From assembly GCA_965221955.1 (NCBI GenBank), contig CBDCTA010000002.1, forward strand, positions 32,001 through 96,000: DNA of 64,000 bases. Reading direction: 5' to 3'. Of this stretch, positions 30,589-39,306 are shown one piece after another. The DNA is from Gammaproteobacteria bacterium. GTDB lineage: Bacteria; Pseudomonadota; Gammaproteobacteria; UBA4575. Made by a program: the position numbers and the translations under genes. How positions within the stretch are numbered: the first letter of the stretch is position 1; each line of letters begins with the position of its first letter. Under the pieces are notes generated by a model. The model ran no database searches. It saw nothing but the letters and a program-made list of their open reading frames with translations, and was not told the origin of the DNA.

Positions 30589-31164
30589 ATATCTACATTA
30601 GTAATACCTCCGTTAAATTATTGCACTAATTGTGGAGCAAAACTTACACGTTTTGTTCCAAATGGCGACTTGTTAGAGCGTAGTGTTTGTCATAAATGCG
30701 AACTAGTTCATTACGAAAATCCAAAAATACTTGTAGGAAGCATTATTGATTGCGATAGCAAAGTTTTATTATGCAAACGGGCAACTGAGCCGCGTCTGGG
30801 TTATTGGACATTGCCATCTGGCTATATGGAAAATAATGAAACTGTTCATGCTGCTGCGCTTCGTGAAACCTATGAAGAAACTAAGGTATCAGTGGAGGAG
30901 TTGAGTTTATACTCAGTATTCTCATGCCCTAACATAAATCAAGTTTACTTTATATTTCGTGGTCAGGCAGATAATGACTGCGCCTCTACAACAGAGGAAA
31001 GTTCAGAGACAAGATATTTTCAAAAACAAGATATTCCCTGGCATGATTTATCTTATTCTATTATGAAACAAGCCTTAGAGTGGTATTTTCACGATAAAGA
31101 AATTGGTAGCTACCACTTTAGAATGCATGATGTGTATGGTTGCGATCCGGATTTACAATCATAA
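30589..31164 (+). CDS. Zinc-ribbon NUDIX hydrolase (start codon uncertain)
   Basis: Frame open upstream of the track start gives NYCTNCG...CHKC..HYENPK; Nudix box GYMENNETVHAAALRETYEE. Confidence 0.85.
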   Translation: MSTLVIPPLNYCTNCGAKLTRFVPNGDLLERSVCHKCELVHYENPKILVGSIIDCDSKVLLCKRATEPRLGYWTLPSGYMENNETVHAAALRETYEETKVSVEELSLYSVFSCPNINQVYFIFRGQADNDCASTTEESSETRYFQKQDIPWHDLSYSIMKQALEWYFHDKEIGSYHFRMHDVYGCDPDLQS

Positions 31165-31225
31165 ATAAAACTCAATTAGTGTGTTGTTCCCACACTACTA
31201 AAATCCTAACCTTTTGCTCTTCATA

Positions 31226-31265
31226 TGTTTCAAAGTGCACATATCCAGATAGCGTTAATGAAACA
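31226..31265. promoter_or_regulatory. Putative activator binding sites (UAS)
   Basis: TGTTTCAAAGTGCACA at 31226 and GAAACA at 31260. Confidence 0.55.
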
Positions 31266-31345
31266 TGTTAATTTTTAAATTAATAATGAATTCACTATTG
31301 ATACTTAAACTACTAGTTATTAAGGCAATATTTTTTCATAAATTG

Positions 31346-31361
31346 TGGCCCATTAGTTGCA
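31346..31361 (+). promoter_or_regulatory. sigma54 promoter of the osmC-osmC-acs-lpdA operon
   Basis: TGGCCCATTAGTTGCA, GG-N10-GC. Confidence 0.8.
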
Positions 31362-31402
31362 GGTATTTTAATTAAAGCTGTTAAAAATTAGGAAATGTAA
31401 GG

Positions 31403-31972
31403 TTGAGCCAAGAGAATATTAGAGATAATACAAGTTTAAAAGACTCCGTATTAAATCTTATTAGTAAAACTTCTGCTGACGAAAATGTTGGGAAATTTTC
31501 CTATAGTGTTTATACACATAATGAAGGAGGGGTATTGTGTAAAGCAAGGGTGCGAAATGAACATAGTTTAGTTGTTGATGAGAAACCAATCTTAGGCGGT
31601 TGTGATTTGGGTATGAGCCCCATTGAGCTTTTATTAGTTTCATTAGGTACATCACAAGAAATTGTATTCTCGATGATGGCGTCTAAATTAAATATTGAAT
31701 TAGAAGAATGTGAAGTGCAGTTAACAGCGGAATTAGATGTAAGAGGAATGCTTGGTGTTGCAGATAGGAACAATGAGGCAGGAACTGGGCTTAGCAATAT
31801 TAATTATACTACTAAATTGAAAAGTAACGCTTCAAGTAAGCAGCTTGAAGTGCTAATCCAAGCAGTTAAAAAACAATGTCCAGTATTAAATATATTGACA
31901 GAGAAAGTAAGTGTAAAAGGCACAACAATAATAAATAACTATGAATTGAATCATAGAGATAAAGTTGCCTAA
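31403..31972 (+). CDS. OsmC/Ohr family protein, first catalytic Cys replaced by Ser
   Basis: VDEKPILGGCDLGMSPIELLLVSLGTSQ ... QCPV. Confidence 0.85.
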   Translation: MSQENIRDNTSLKDSVLNLISKTSADENVGKFSYSVYTHNEGGVLCKARVRNEHSLVVDEKPILGGCDLGMSPIELLLVSLGTSQEIVFSMMASKLNIELEECEVQLTAELDVRGMLGVADRNNEAGTGLSNINYTTKLKSNASSKQLEVLIQAVKKQCPVLNILTEKVSVKGTTIINNYELNHRDKVA

Positions 31973-32062
31973 TTACTCAAATATTTGCTGTTGTAGATAT
32001 TTGAGGTCATTGATTCTGTTTTTCCATTTTAAATTTATACTTGAAAAAAATAAAAATAACTT

Positions 32063-32668
32063 ATGAGTAGTGAGAATGTTTCGAGTTTAGAAACAGTAAA
32101 AGTTGCTGTAGGTAAAATTATATCTAGTGCTAATGAAGATTCAGAGTATGGAAATTTTAAGTACTACGTAAATACTAAGTGGGAAGGTGGTACCCTTTGT
32201 AAAAATCAGATACGCCGAGCGCATAAACTTTTAGTAGATGAGCCTCCTGCTTTTGGGGGTGATGATTTAAGTGCTAGTCCAGTTGAACTTGTGCTAGCTG
32301 CACTTGGTTCATGCCAAATAATAATGTTTTCAGCATTAGCTGCAACTAGAAGTATTGAGCTCGAAGAGTGCGAAGTAACCTTAAAAGCACGTCTAAATGT
32401 AAGAGGTTTGCTTGGAATAAAAGAAAATAACCAGCCTGTATACCCAGGGTTTTCAAGCATAGATTACGAAACAAAGCTTAAAAGTTCTGAGCCAAAAGAT
32501 ATTCTTGCAAAACTTATTGAAGATGTCGAAAACCAATGTCCCGTGATGGATATGCTTACACGCTCAATGAGTGTGAATGGAAATGCTTTTGTTAATGAAG
32601 AGCCAATAGATATAAATACGAAAAAATCAATATTGTCTAAACTACTGCATATATTTCGTAAAAAATAA
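32063..32668 (+). CDS. OsmC/Ohr family protein with both catalytic Cys
   Basis: VDEPPAFGGDDLSASPVELVLAALGSCQ ... QCPV. Confidence 0.9.
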   Translation: MSSENVSSLETVKVAVGKIISSANEDSEYGNFKYYVNTKWEGGTLCKNQIRRAHKLLVDEPPAFGGDDLSASPVELVLAALGSCQIIMFSALAATRSIELEECEVTLKARLNVRGLLGIKENNQPVYPGFSSIDYETKLKSSEPKDILAKLIEDVENQCPVMDMLTRSMSVNGNAFVNEEPIDINTKKSILSKLLHIFRKK

Positions 32669-32681
32669 ATTCACTTTTGAT

Positions 32682-34580
32682 ATGTCCACTTTTTTTACAG
32701 AATCTAATTACAAAGCGCTATACCAATGGTCAATGGATGAGCCTGATGCATTTTGGGCTGCACAAGCGAATGAGTTTGTGCATTGGATATCGCCATGGTC
32801 GAAGGTTATGGTTCAAGATGAACATAGGGTACATGCAGAATGGTTTGTCGGGGGTAAAATAAACGTTGCATATAATTGTGTCGATCGGCATTTAGAAGCC
32901 AATGGCGATAAGACTGCCATTATTTGGGAAGGTGATGATCCTAATGAGGTCAAAACATTAACGTATAAAGAATTGCATAAAGAAGTTTGTAAGTTTTCAA
33001 ATGTGCTGAAAGCTAATGGGGTTAAAAAAGGCGATCGTGTATGTGTTTATATGCCATTGATAATAGAAACGGCAGTTGCCATGCTTGCTTGTGCCAGAAT
33101 AGGTGCGATTCATTCTGTTGTTTTTGGGGGTTTCTCAGCAAAGTCACTCAGTGACAGAATTCAAGATGCAGAATGTAAGCTTCTAGTCACTGCAAACGAA
33201 GGATTGCGTGGCGGCAAAATTATTCCAATAAAGGACATTGCTGACCAAGCTCTTGAAACTTGTCCTAACGTGAAGACAGTAATCGTAGTAAAACGCACGT
33301 TGAATTCAACAAATATGATTGAGGGTCGAGATGTCTGGTATGAAGATGAAGTAAGCAAGGTATCTGATGAATGCCCTGTTGAAGAAATGAATTCAAGTGA
33401 CCCATTGTTTATTTTATACACATCTGGTTCTACTGGTAAGCCAAAAGGAATTTTACATGGTTCTGCAGGCTATCTGCTGCATGTCTGTTTGACGCATAAA
33501 TATATTTTTGATCATAAAGAAAACGATATATATTGGTGTACTGCAGACCTTGGTTGGGTTACAGGGCATTCGTATGTGTTATATGGTCCATTATCAAATG
33601 GCGCGACTACCTTAATGTTTGAAGGAGTGCCTACCTACCCGGATGCAAGTCGTTATTGGCAGATCGTAGATAAATATAACGTTAATATTTTTTACACTGC
33701 GCCAACTATATTGCGGACATTAACTGCATTTGGGGAAGAACCTATAAAAAATTATTCATTAGATAGTTTGCGATTACTCGGAACTGTAGGTGAACCCATC
33801 GATGTTGATACTTGGGATTGGTATTTTGAAAATATTGGGCATAAAAAATGTCCAATTATCGATACTTGGTGGCAAACCGAAACAGGAGGTGTGCTAATTT
33901 CTCAATTGCCAGGAGAAATCTCTGAGCAATGTGGCACAAATGCAAAACCCTTTCTAGGTATTGTGCCAGCACTTGTTGACGACAATGAAAATTTGATGGA
34001 AGAGAATTCTGGAAATCTAGTAATTAAGCAACCATGGCCTGGTCAAATGCTTACAATATATGGCGATCAAAAAAGATTTGAAGAAACCTATTTTACAGAT
34101 AGCAGTAAAGGAGGCTATTACTACCCCAGTGATCGGGCTTTAATTCAAGATGATGGTTCGGTTCGTGTTACTGGGCGTACAGATGACACCTTGAATGTAT
34201 CTGGACACCTTTTTGGTGCAACAGAAATTGAAAGCGCATTAATACTGCATGACTTGGTAGCAGAAGCAGCAGTAGTAGGGTATCCACATCCAGTAAAAGG
34301 AGAAGGGATCTATTCATTCGTTGCATTGAATAAAGGTGTGCATTCAAGTGATCAAATGAATGATGAACTAAACCAAATTGTACGAGAACAAATCAGTGCT
34401 GTCGCAAAACCAGATGTAATCCATTGTGTAACTGAGTTGCCTAAAACCCGTAGCGGAAAAATTATGCGACGTATTCTTAGAAAAATTGCAATTAATGATT
34501 TTTCTGATTTGGGAGATACGTCAACCTTAGTTAATCCAGCCATTGTCAATGAGTTAATTGAAAGCAGGAAAAACGTCTAG
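32682..34580 (+). CDS. acs: Acetyl-CoA synthetase
   Basis: YTSGSTGKPKG, YWCTADLGWVTGHSY, DTWWQTETGG, LPKTRSGKIMRRILRK. Confidence 0.95.
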   Translation: MSTFFTESNYKALYQWSMDEPDAFWAAQANEFVHWISPWSKVMVQDEHRVHAEWFVGGKINVAYNCVDRHLEANGDKTAIIWEGDDPNEVKTLTYKELHKEVCKFSNVLKANGVKKGDRVCVYMPLIIETAVAMLACARIGAIHSVVFGGFSAKSLSDRIQDAECKLLVTANEGLRGGKIIPIKDIADQALETCPNVKTVIVVKRTLNSTNMIEGRDVWYEDEVSKVSDECPVEEMNSSDPLFILYTSGSTGKPKGILHGSAGYLLHVCLTHKYIFDHKENDIYWCTADLGWVTGHSYVLYGPLSNGATTLMFEGVPTYPDASRYWQIVDKYNVNIFYTAPTILRTLTAFGEEPIKNYSLDSLRLLGTVGEPIDVDTWDWYFENIGHKKCPIIDTWWQTETGGVLISQLPGEISEQCGTNAKPFLGIVPALVDDNENLMEENSGNLVIKQPWPGQMLTIYGDQKRFEETYFTDSSKGGYYYPSDRALIQDDGSVRVTGRTDDTLNVSGHLFGATEIESALILHDLVAEAAVVGYPHPVKGEGIYSFVALNKGVHSSDQMNDELNQIVREQISAVAKPDVIHCVTELPKTRSGKIMRRILRKIAINDFSDLGDTSTLVNPAIVNELIESRKNV

Positions 34581-34588
34581 TTCCAGAT

Positions 34589-36283
34589 ATGGGAAATAGA
34601 ATAGAAATTAAAGTTCCTGATTTATCAGGAGTAAGCGATGTTCCTGTTACAGAGTTATTTGTATCTCCAGATCAAGCAGTAGAAGCAGGCGATAATCTCA
34701 TCGCCATCGAAACAGAAAAAACGATAATTGATATTCCTTCACCTGTGAAAGGGATAGTAAAAGAAATATCAGTTTCCGTTGATGAGCGTGTAAAAGAAGA
34801 TCAAGTATTGCTGGTAATTGAATCAGATGAAGAATTGTCTGATTCAGCGGAAAAACCAAAATCAAATAGCATTAATCAAGATCTACATACACAAGTATTA
34901 GTAATCGGGTCAGGGCCAGGCGGTTATTCAGCTGCATTTAGAGCTGCTGACCTTGGAAAAAAAGTTGTTTTAGTCGAGCGTAATCAAACACTGGGAGGGG
35001 TGTGCTTGAATGTAGGTTGTATTCCATCTAAATCTTTACTTCACGCTGCGAAAGTTATAAGTGAGTCAAAGGAAATGTCAAAGTTTGGGGTGAAATTTCC
35101 TTTGCCTGAAATAGACACTCAGATATTACGATCGTGGAAAAACAGTGTTATTAAAAAGTTAACAGGTGGCTTAAACAGTCTTGCAAAAAATCGCAATGTA
35201 AAAATTGTAAATGGACAAGCAAAATTCTTATCTTCAAAGCAAATCTCTTTGCAAACTGGAGATAACAAGGTCTATAAAATTGATTTTGAACAGGCCATCA
35301 TTGCTGTCGGCTCAGAACCAGTAAAATTCTCACAGTTTCCACATGAAGATAGTCGAATGTTAACTTCAACTGAAGCTTTGGAAGTAAACGAGATTCCGGA
35401 AAGATTATTGATTGTTGGTGGAGGGATCATTGGTTTAGAGATGGCTACGGTTTATCACGAGCTTGGATCAAAAGTAACGGTTGTTGAATTTGCCAACTCC
35501 TTGATACCGGGAGCAGATCCTGATTTAGTTAAACCGTTGTATCAACGAATTTCGAAAATGTATGAAGATATATATTTAAATACAAAGGTCAGTAGCGTTG
35601 AATCGACTTTAAATGGAATGTATGTTCGCTATGAAGGCCAGGCAAAAAAGAAGAAAGACGTATTCGATCAAGTGCTTGTGGCAGTTGGAAGAACGCCAAA
35701 TGGAAATATGATTGATGCTGAAAAAGCAGGTATAAACGTTAATGAACAAGGTTTCATCACTGTTAACGAAAAATTACAAACAAATGTTGACAATATATAC
35801 GCAATAGGAGATGTGGTAGGTCAGCCTATGCTTGCACATAAAGCGGCTCATGAAGGTAAAGTTGCGGCAGAAGTGATATCTGGCTTAACTGGATATTTTG
35901 ACAATACACTAATACCATCTGTTGCATATACTGATCCTGAAATTGCATGGGTTGGCATAACAGAGACTGAAGCAAAGCAACAAAATTTAGACTTCGAGAC
36001 TGCAATATTTCCTTGGGCAGCAAGCGGTAGATCCTTAAGTATTGAGAGAAATGAAGGCATGACAAAAACTATTTATAACTTGAAATCAAAAAAAATAATA
36101 GGTGCAGGAATAGTAGGAACAAATGCTGGTGAATTGATTTCTGAAGCAGCTTTAGCTATAAAAATGGGTGCGACTTCAAGCGATATAAGCGAGTTGATTC
36201 ATCCGCATCCAACTCTTAGCGAAACGGTAGGTTTTTCTGCTGAGGTGTTTGATAAAACAATTGTAGAAATGTATTTAAAATAA
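34589..36283 (+). CDS. lpdA: Dihydrolipoamide dehydrogenase with N-terminal lipoyl domain
   Basis: Lipoyl motif IETEKT..DIPSP; GGVCLNVGCIPSK; LAHKA; IHPHPTLSE. Confidence 0.95.
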   Translation: MGNRIEIKVPDLSGVSDVPVTELFVSPDQAVEAGDNLIAIETEKTIIDIPSPVKGIVKEISVSVDERVKEDQVLLVIESDEELSDSAEKPKSNSINQDLHTQVLVIGSGPGGYSAAFRAADLGKKVVLVERNQTLGGVCLNVGCIPSKSLLHAAKVISESKEMSKFGVKFPLPEIDTQILRSWKNSVIKKLTGGLNSLAKNRNVKIVNGQAKFLSSKQISLQTGDNKVYKIDFEQAIIAVGSEPVKFSQFPHEDSRMLTSTEALEVNEIPERLLIVGGGIIGLEMATVYHELGSKVTVVEFANSLIPGADPDLVKPLYQRISKMYEDIYLNTKVSSVESTLNGMYVRYEGQAKKKKDVFDQVLVAVGRTPNGNMIDAEKAGINVNEQGFITVNEKLQTNVDNIYAIGDVVGQPMLAHKAAHEGKVAAEVISGLTGYFDNTLIPSVAYTDPEIAWVGITETEAKQQNLDFETAIFPWAASGRSLSIERNEGMTKTIYNLKSKKIIGAGIVGTNAGELISEAALAIKMGATSSDISELIHPHPTLSETVGFSAEVFDKTIVEMYLK

Positions 36284-36285
36284 AT

Positions 36286-36576
36286 ATGAATGATGCTCTT
36301 ACAAATGAGCTTGAAAGAAGAGTGGATGAGGTCTTATTTTATTTTTGGGACCCATTTGGATTAAAAGACGAACCTTATGCAAGGACTGAATATCGATCCT
36401 ATGTACAGGAGGTTTATCGTTATTTGCAAAATAATAAGTCAGCAGAAGAAATGGCTAGATTGCTTATCGACATAGTAGAAAATCGAATGGGAATTTCTAT
36501 TAATCATGACCTTGCGGAAAATGTAGGCAAGTTGTTACTTAGACATAAAAAAGCAGTTGAATCAGGAATATCCTAA
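36286..36576 (+). CDS. Hypothetical protein (WDP..EY motif, DUF1871-like)
   Basis: FWDPFGL....RTEYRSY; 2 nt after the lpdA stop. Confidence 0.6.
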   Translation: MNDALTNELERRVDEVLFYFWDPFGLKDEPYARTEYRSYVQEVYRYLQNNKSAEEMARLLIDIVENRMGISINHDLAENVGKLLLRHKKAVESGIS

Positions 36577-36591
36577 CTAGAAAATTCAAAA

Positions 36592-37170
36592 TTAAATAGG
36601 ATTAGCTACTACAGCATACCGTAAAGATCCTCCTGTTAAAGGGGTATCAAATGGATAGCATGTGATTAATGTTAATTGTTCCATGCCAGAGTCATGCATA
36701 ATCTCTACCTGATTTTGGTCAACAATAAATGTGTAATTAACTCTATATCGGACTTTTTTGCTCGGTAGTTCAACAATAATTTCATCATTACGTATTAAAT
36801 CTTTTAACACAGAGAAATGTGTGTCGCGATGTCCAACGATAACACTGTTTCCTCCATTCCCAGGTAAAGGGCTAGCACTTACATGCCCAGGTCCAAAAGC
36901 CATCGTACGACCATTTCCACCTGCAAGTACAATATAGTGTTGTTTTAGTTTGCTAAAAGTAATTTTAGCAACCGGATAAGTATCGGCCCAGTCCCAAGGC
37001 TTAACCTGATTGTCGCCTTGTAAGGTTTTTGCCCAAGCACTATTTAATAGATACTGTGCTAACTGTGCTTTTGCATAAATATAGCTTCCTGTACCGAATT
37101 GCCAACATGCTATTAATATTATTGTAAAAAAAGTAATATTTTTTACAAAAAATAATTTATTTAAACGCAT
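36592..37170 (-). CDS. Class GN sortase of the proteobacterial dedicated sortase system
   Basis: IYAKAQLAQYL, KPWDWADT, GHRDTHF, LTLITCYPF, LRY. Confidence 0.93.
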   Translation of the reverse strand: MRLNKLFFVKNITFFTIILIACWQFGTGSYIYAKAQLAQYLLNSAWAKTLQGDNQVKPWDWADTYPVAKITFSKLKQHYIVLAGGNGRTMAFGPGHVSASPLPGNGGNSVIVGHRDTHFSVLKDLIRNDEIIVELPSKKVRYRVNYTFIVDQNQVEIMHDSGMEQLTLITCYPFDTPLTGGSLRYAVVANPI

Positions 37171-39280
37171 ACTTTCGTGTCACAAATCCTATTATCAATA
37201 ATAATACTCCTATGATTAAATTCATTTGTGCTGAAGTGGCTCCTTGAGGGATCTGCATATTCCAACCGTGGGGTTTTTTAATCGGTATTGCTTTATCTTT
37301 ACTTGTTATATGTTTTGGTTTGCTAGGAGTGACATCTACCGCAACTAAACTAGTGTGTTGAGTGACAATATGATGTTCAAGGCCTAGCGCTGTAATTTCT
37401 TGTTTAATCTTTTCAGGATCAGCACCATGGCTAATCTTTTGGCTTAAGCTTTGAATTTTGTTGCGTGCCCATAAAATATTCAGGCCATTTGCCTGGCCGC
37501 CTTTAATGAGAGGTAAAGTTGTTGACCAATCTGTATTAGCTGTTTTACCTGTGAGAGCGAGTTGACTCTGGTTTTTTGGTAGTTTGAGGCTAATGATTAA
37601 AGGTTCACCTATATATAAGTCGTGAATAGGGTTGGGCCAATAATCAACTTTACTACTATCTTTCCATGTCATCTCGATGTCACTTAATACAGGGTGATTT
37701 AATTTTTGAAACAATTGTGTCATCTTTTGCTTTACTTCATCGGTTTTTCCAATATAAGTGAAAGTACCTCGACCTAATGAAGCGGCTTCGCTCATGAAAT
37801 AACTATTTGGGGCAGAGCCAATACCAACCGTGAACAAACGACTATGATTTAATTTACGGTTTATGATTTCAAATAACTGCTGTTCATTGCCAACGCTGCC
37901 ATCGGTTAAAAATATAACCTGACGAATTCGTTCGCTTTGATTAGTTAATGATAGTGCTGCATTGAGAGCAGGCGCAATTTCAGTACCACCATTTGCATAT
38001 AATGAGTGTACGTATTTTTTTGCGCGATCAATGTTATTTTCTCTGGCGGGTAACGCTTGTTCAGAAAAAGATTTTGTATAAGAGTTAAATTGAATAATAT
38101 TGAACCAGTCTTCGCTTTTTAGTTGGTTTAGACCTAATAATAAAGCCTGCTTAGCTTGTTGTATGGACTCGCCAGACATGGATCCTGATGTATCGATAAC
38201 ATAAATCATTTCCTTTGCTAAAGTCTGTTGTTGAGTCCAATCTATTTCAGGTGGCATTAACATAAGTAATGCATAGCGATCATTGTCTTTGTCTTGAGTA
38301 AAGAGAGCTGCTTGAGGCTCATGGGTTACCTGTGGACGCCATACCAATTCAAAATCGCGGTTTGCTGGAGTAATGTAATTGGCCAGCTCGATTAGATAAT
38401 GACCCGATTCGATCAATTGTTTGCTGATAGAGTGATAACTACTTTCCACATTAACGAGAGGAAAACCAGCATCAAGCTCAATATTAATCGAAACTGGGTT
38501 ATCGTGTCCTTGATCTACTTCTGTTATGGGTGGAGTGATAAGACTCGCATCAGGTACTGCATCGGTATTCATCGCCCACCCCGTACCTTTAAAGCCTTCA
38601 ACTTTTTGTGTGCCAGGGATGTAACGAATCCCAACGACCATTGGAAAACGTATTGAAAACTGACCTTGGTCATAGCTTAAGGTTTGTTGATATTGAATGG
38701 AAATGGACACTTTCTCATTCGGTCCTATATTGGCTACAGAATTAGTGAAAATATTTGGGCGTTGTTGTTCAACTAGGCTGGCTTTTTTACCTTCTTGTTT
38801 GGCTTGAGTATAAATTTTTTTCGCTTGTATCCTTTCTTTTATTTCCCCTTCGATCACACGCTCGCCAATGATCATTTTCATATGATCTACAGCGGCATTT
38901 TCTGGTAAAGGAAATACATAAATACCATTCACCCATTCAGATGAAGGATTGGTAAAATGCTGAGTCACGTTTACACGCGCAATAAGGCCATTGATAGTCA
39001 TATCAACGTCAGTATTGACGGTAGGTGCCATTCGATATTGGCCAGATCGGTTAGTTTCAATTAATAAACTTCCACTCTCTGTTTCATTTATGGTGACCAG
39101 AACTTCGTTATTTGCCTGTGCGATTGGTTTAACGATGAATATCGTTAGGCTAAGAAAGAATAAAAAAGAGGTGACCCGAAAGCCACCTAATAGAGGAGGA
39201 GCATACTTTGAAAATGAATTACGTTCGACGTTTTGATTTAGTAAAGATAATTTTTGAATACCTGGGGATTGATAGTTCAT
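37157..39280 (-). CDS. Marine proteobacterial sortase target protein (VIT plus vWA domains)
   Basis: YVFPLPENAAV (VIT), DTSGSM MIDAS, FLTDG; C-terminal IPQGAT, TM helix and basic tail. Confidence 0.92.
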   Translation of the reverse strand: MNYQSPGIQKLSLLNQNVERNSFSKYAPPLLGGFRVTSFLFFLSLTIFIVKPIAQANNEVLVTINETESGSLLIETNRSGQYRMAPTVNTDVDMTINGLIARVNVTQHFTNPSSEWVNGIYVFPLPENAAVDHMKMIIGERVIEGEIKERIQAKKIYTQAKQEGKKASLVEQQRPNIFTNSVANIGPNEKVSISIQYQQTLSYDQGQFSIRFPMVVGIRYIPGTQKVEGFKGTGWAMNTDAVPDASLITPPITEVDQGHDNPVSINIELDAGFPLVNVESSYHSISKQLIESGHYLIELANYITPANRDFELVWRPQVTHEPQAALFTQDKDNDRYALLMLMPPEIDWTQQQTLAKEMIYVIDTSGSMSGESIQQAKQALLLGLNQLKSEDWFNIIQFNSYTKSFSEQALPARENNIDRAKKYVHSLYANGGTEIAPALNAALSLTNQSERIRQVIFLTDGSVGNEQQLFEIINRKLNHSRLFTVGIGSAPNSYFMSEAASLGRGTFTYIGKTDEVKQKMTQLFQKLNHPVLSDIEMTWKDSSKVDYWPNPIHDLYIGEPLIISLKLPKNQSQLALTGKTANTDWSTTLPLIKGGQANGLNILWARNKIQSLSQKISHGADPEKIKQEITALGLEHHIVTQHTSLVAVDVTPSKPKHITSKDKAIPIKKPHGWNMQIPQGATSAQMNLIIGVLLLIIGFVTRKYAFK

Positions 39281-39306
39281 TAGTATATAGTTATCCGTAA
39301 AAGAAT

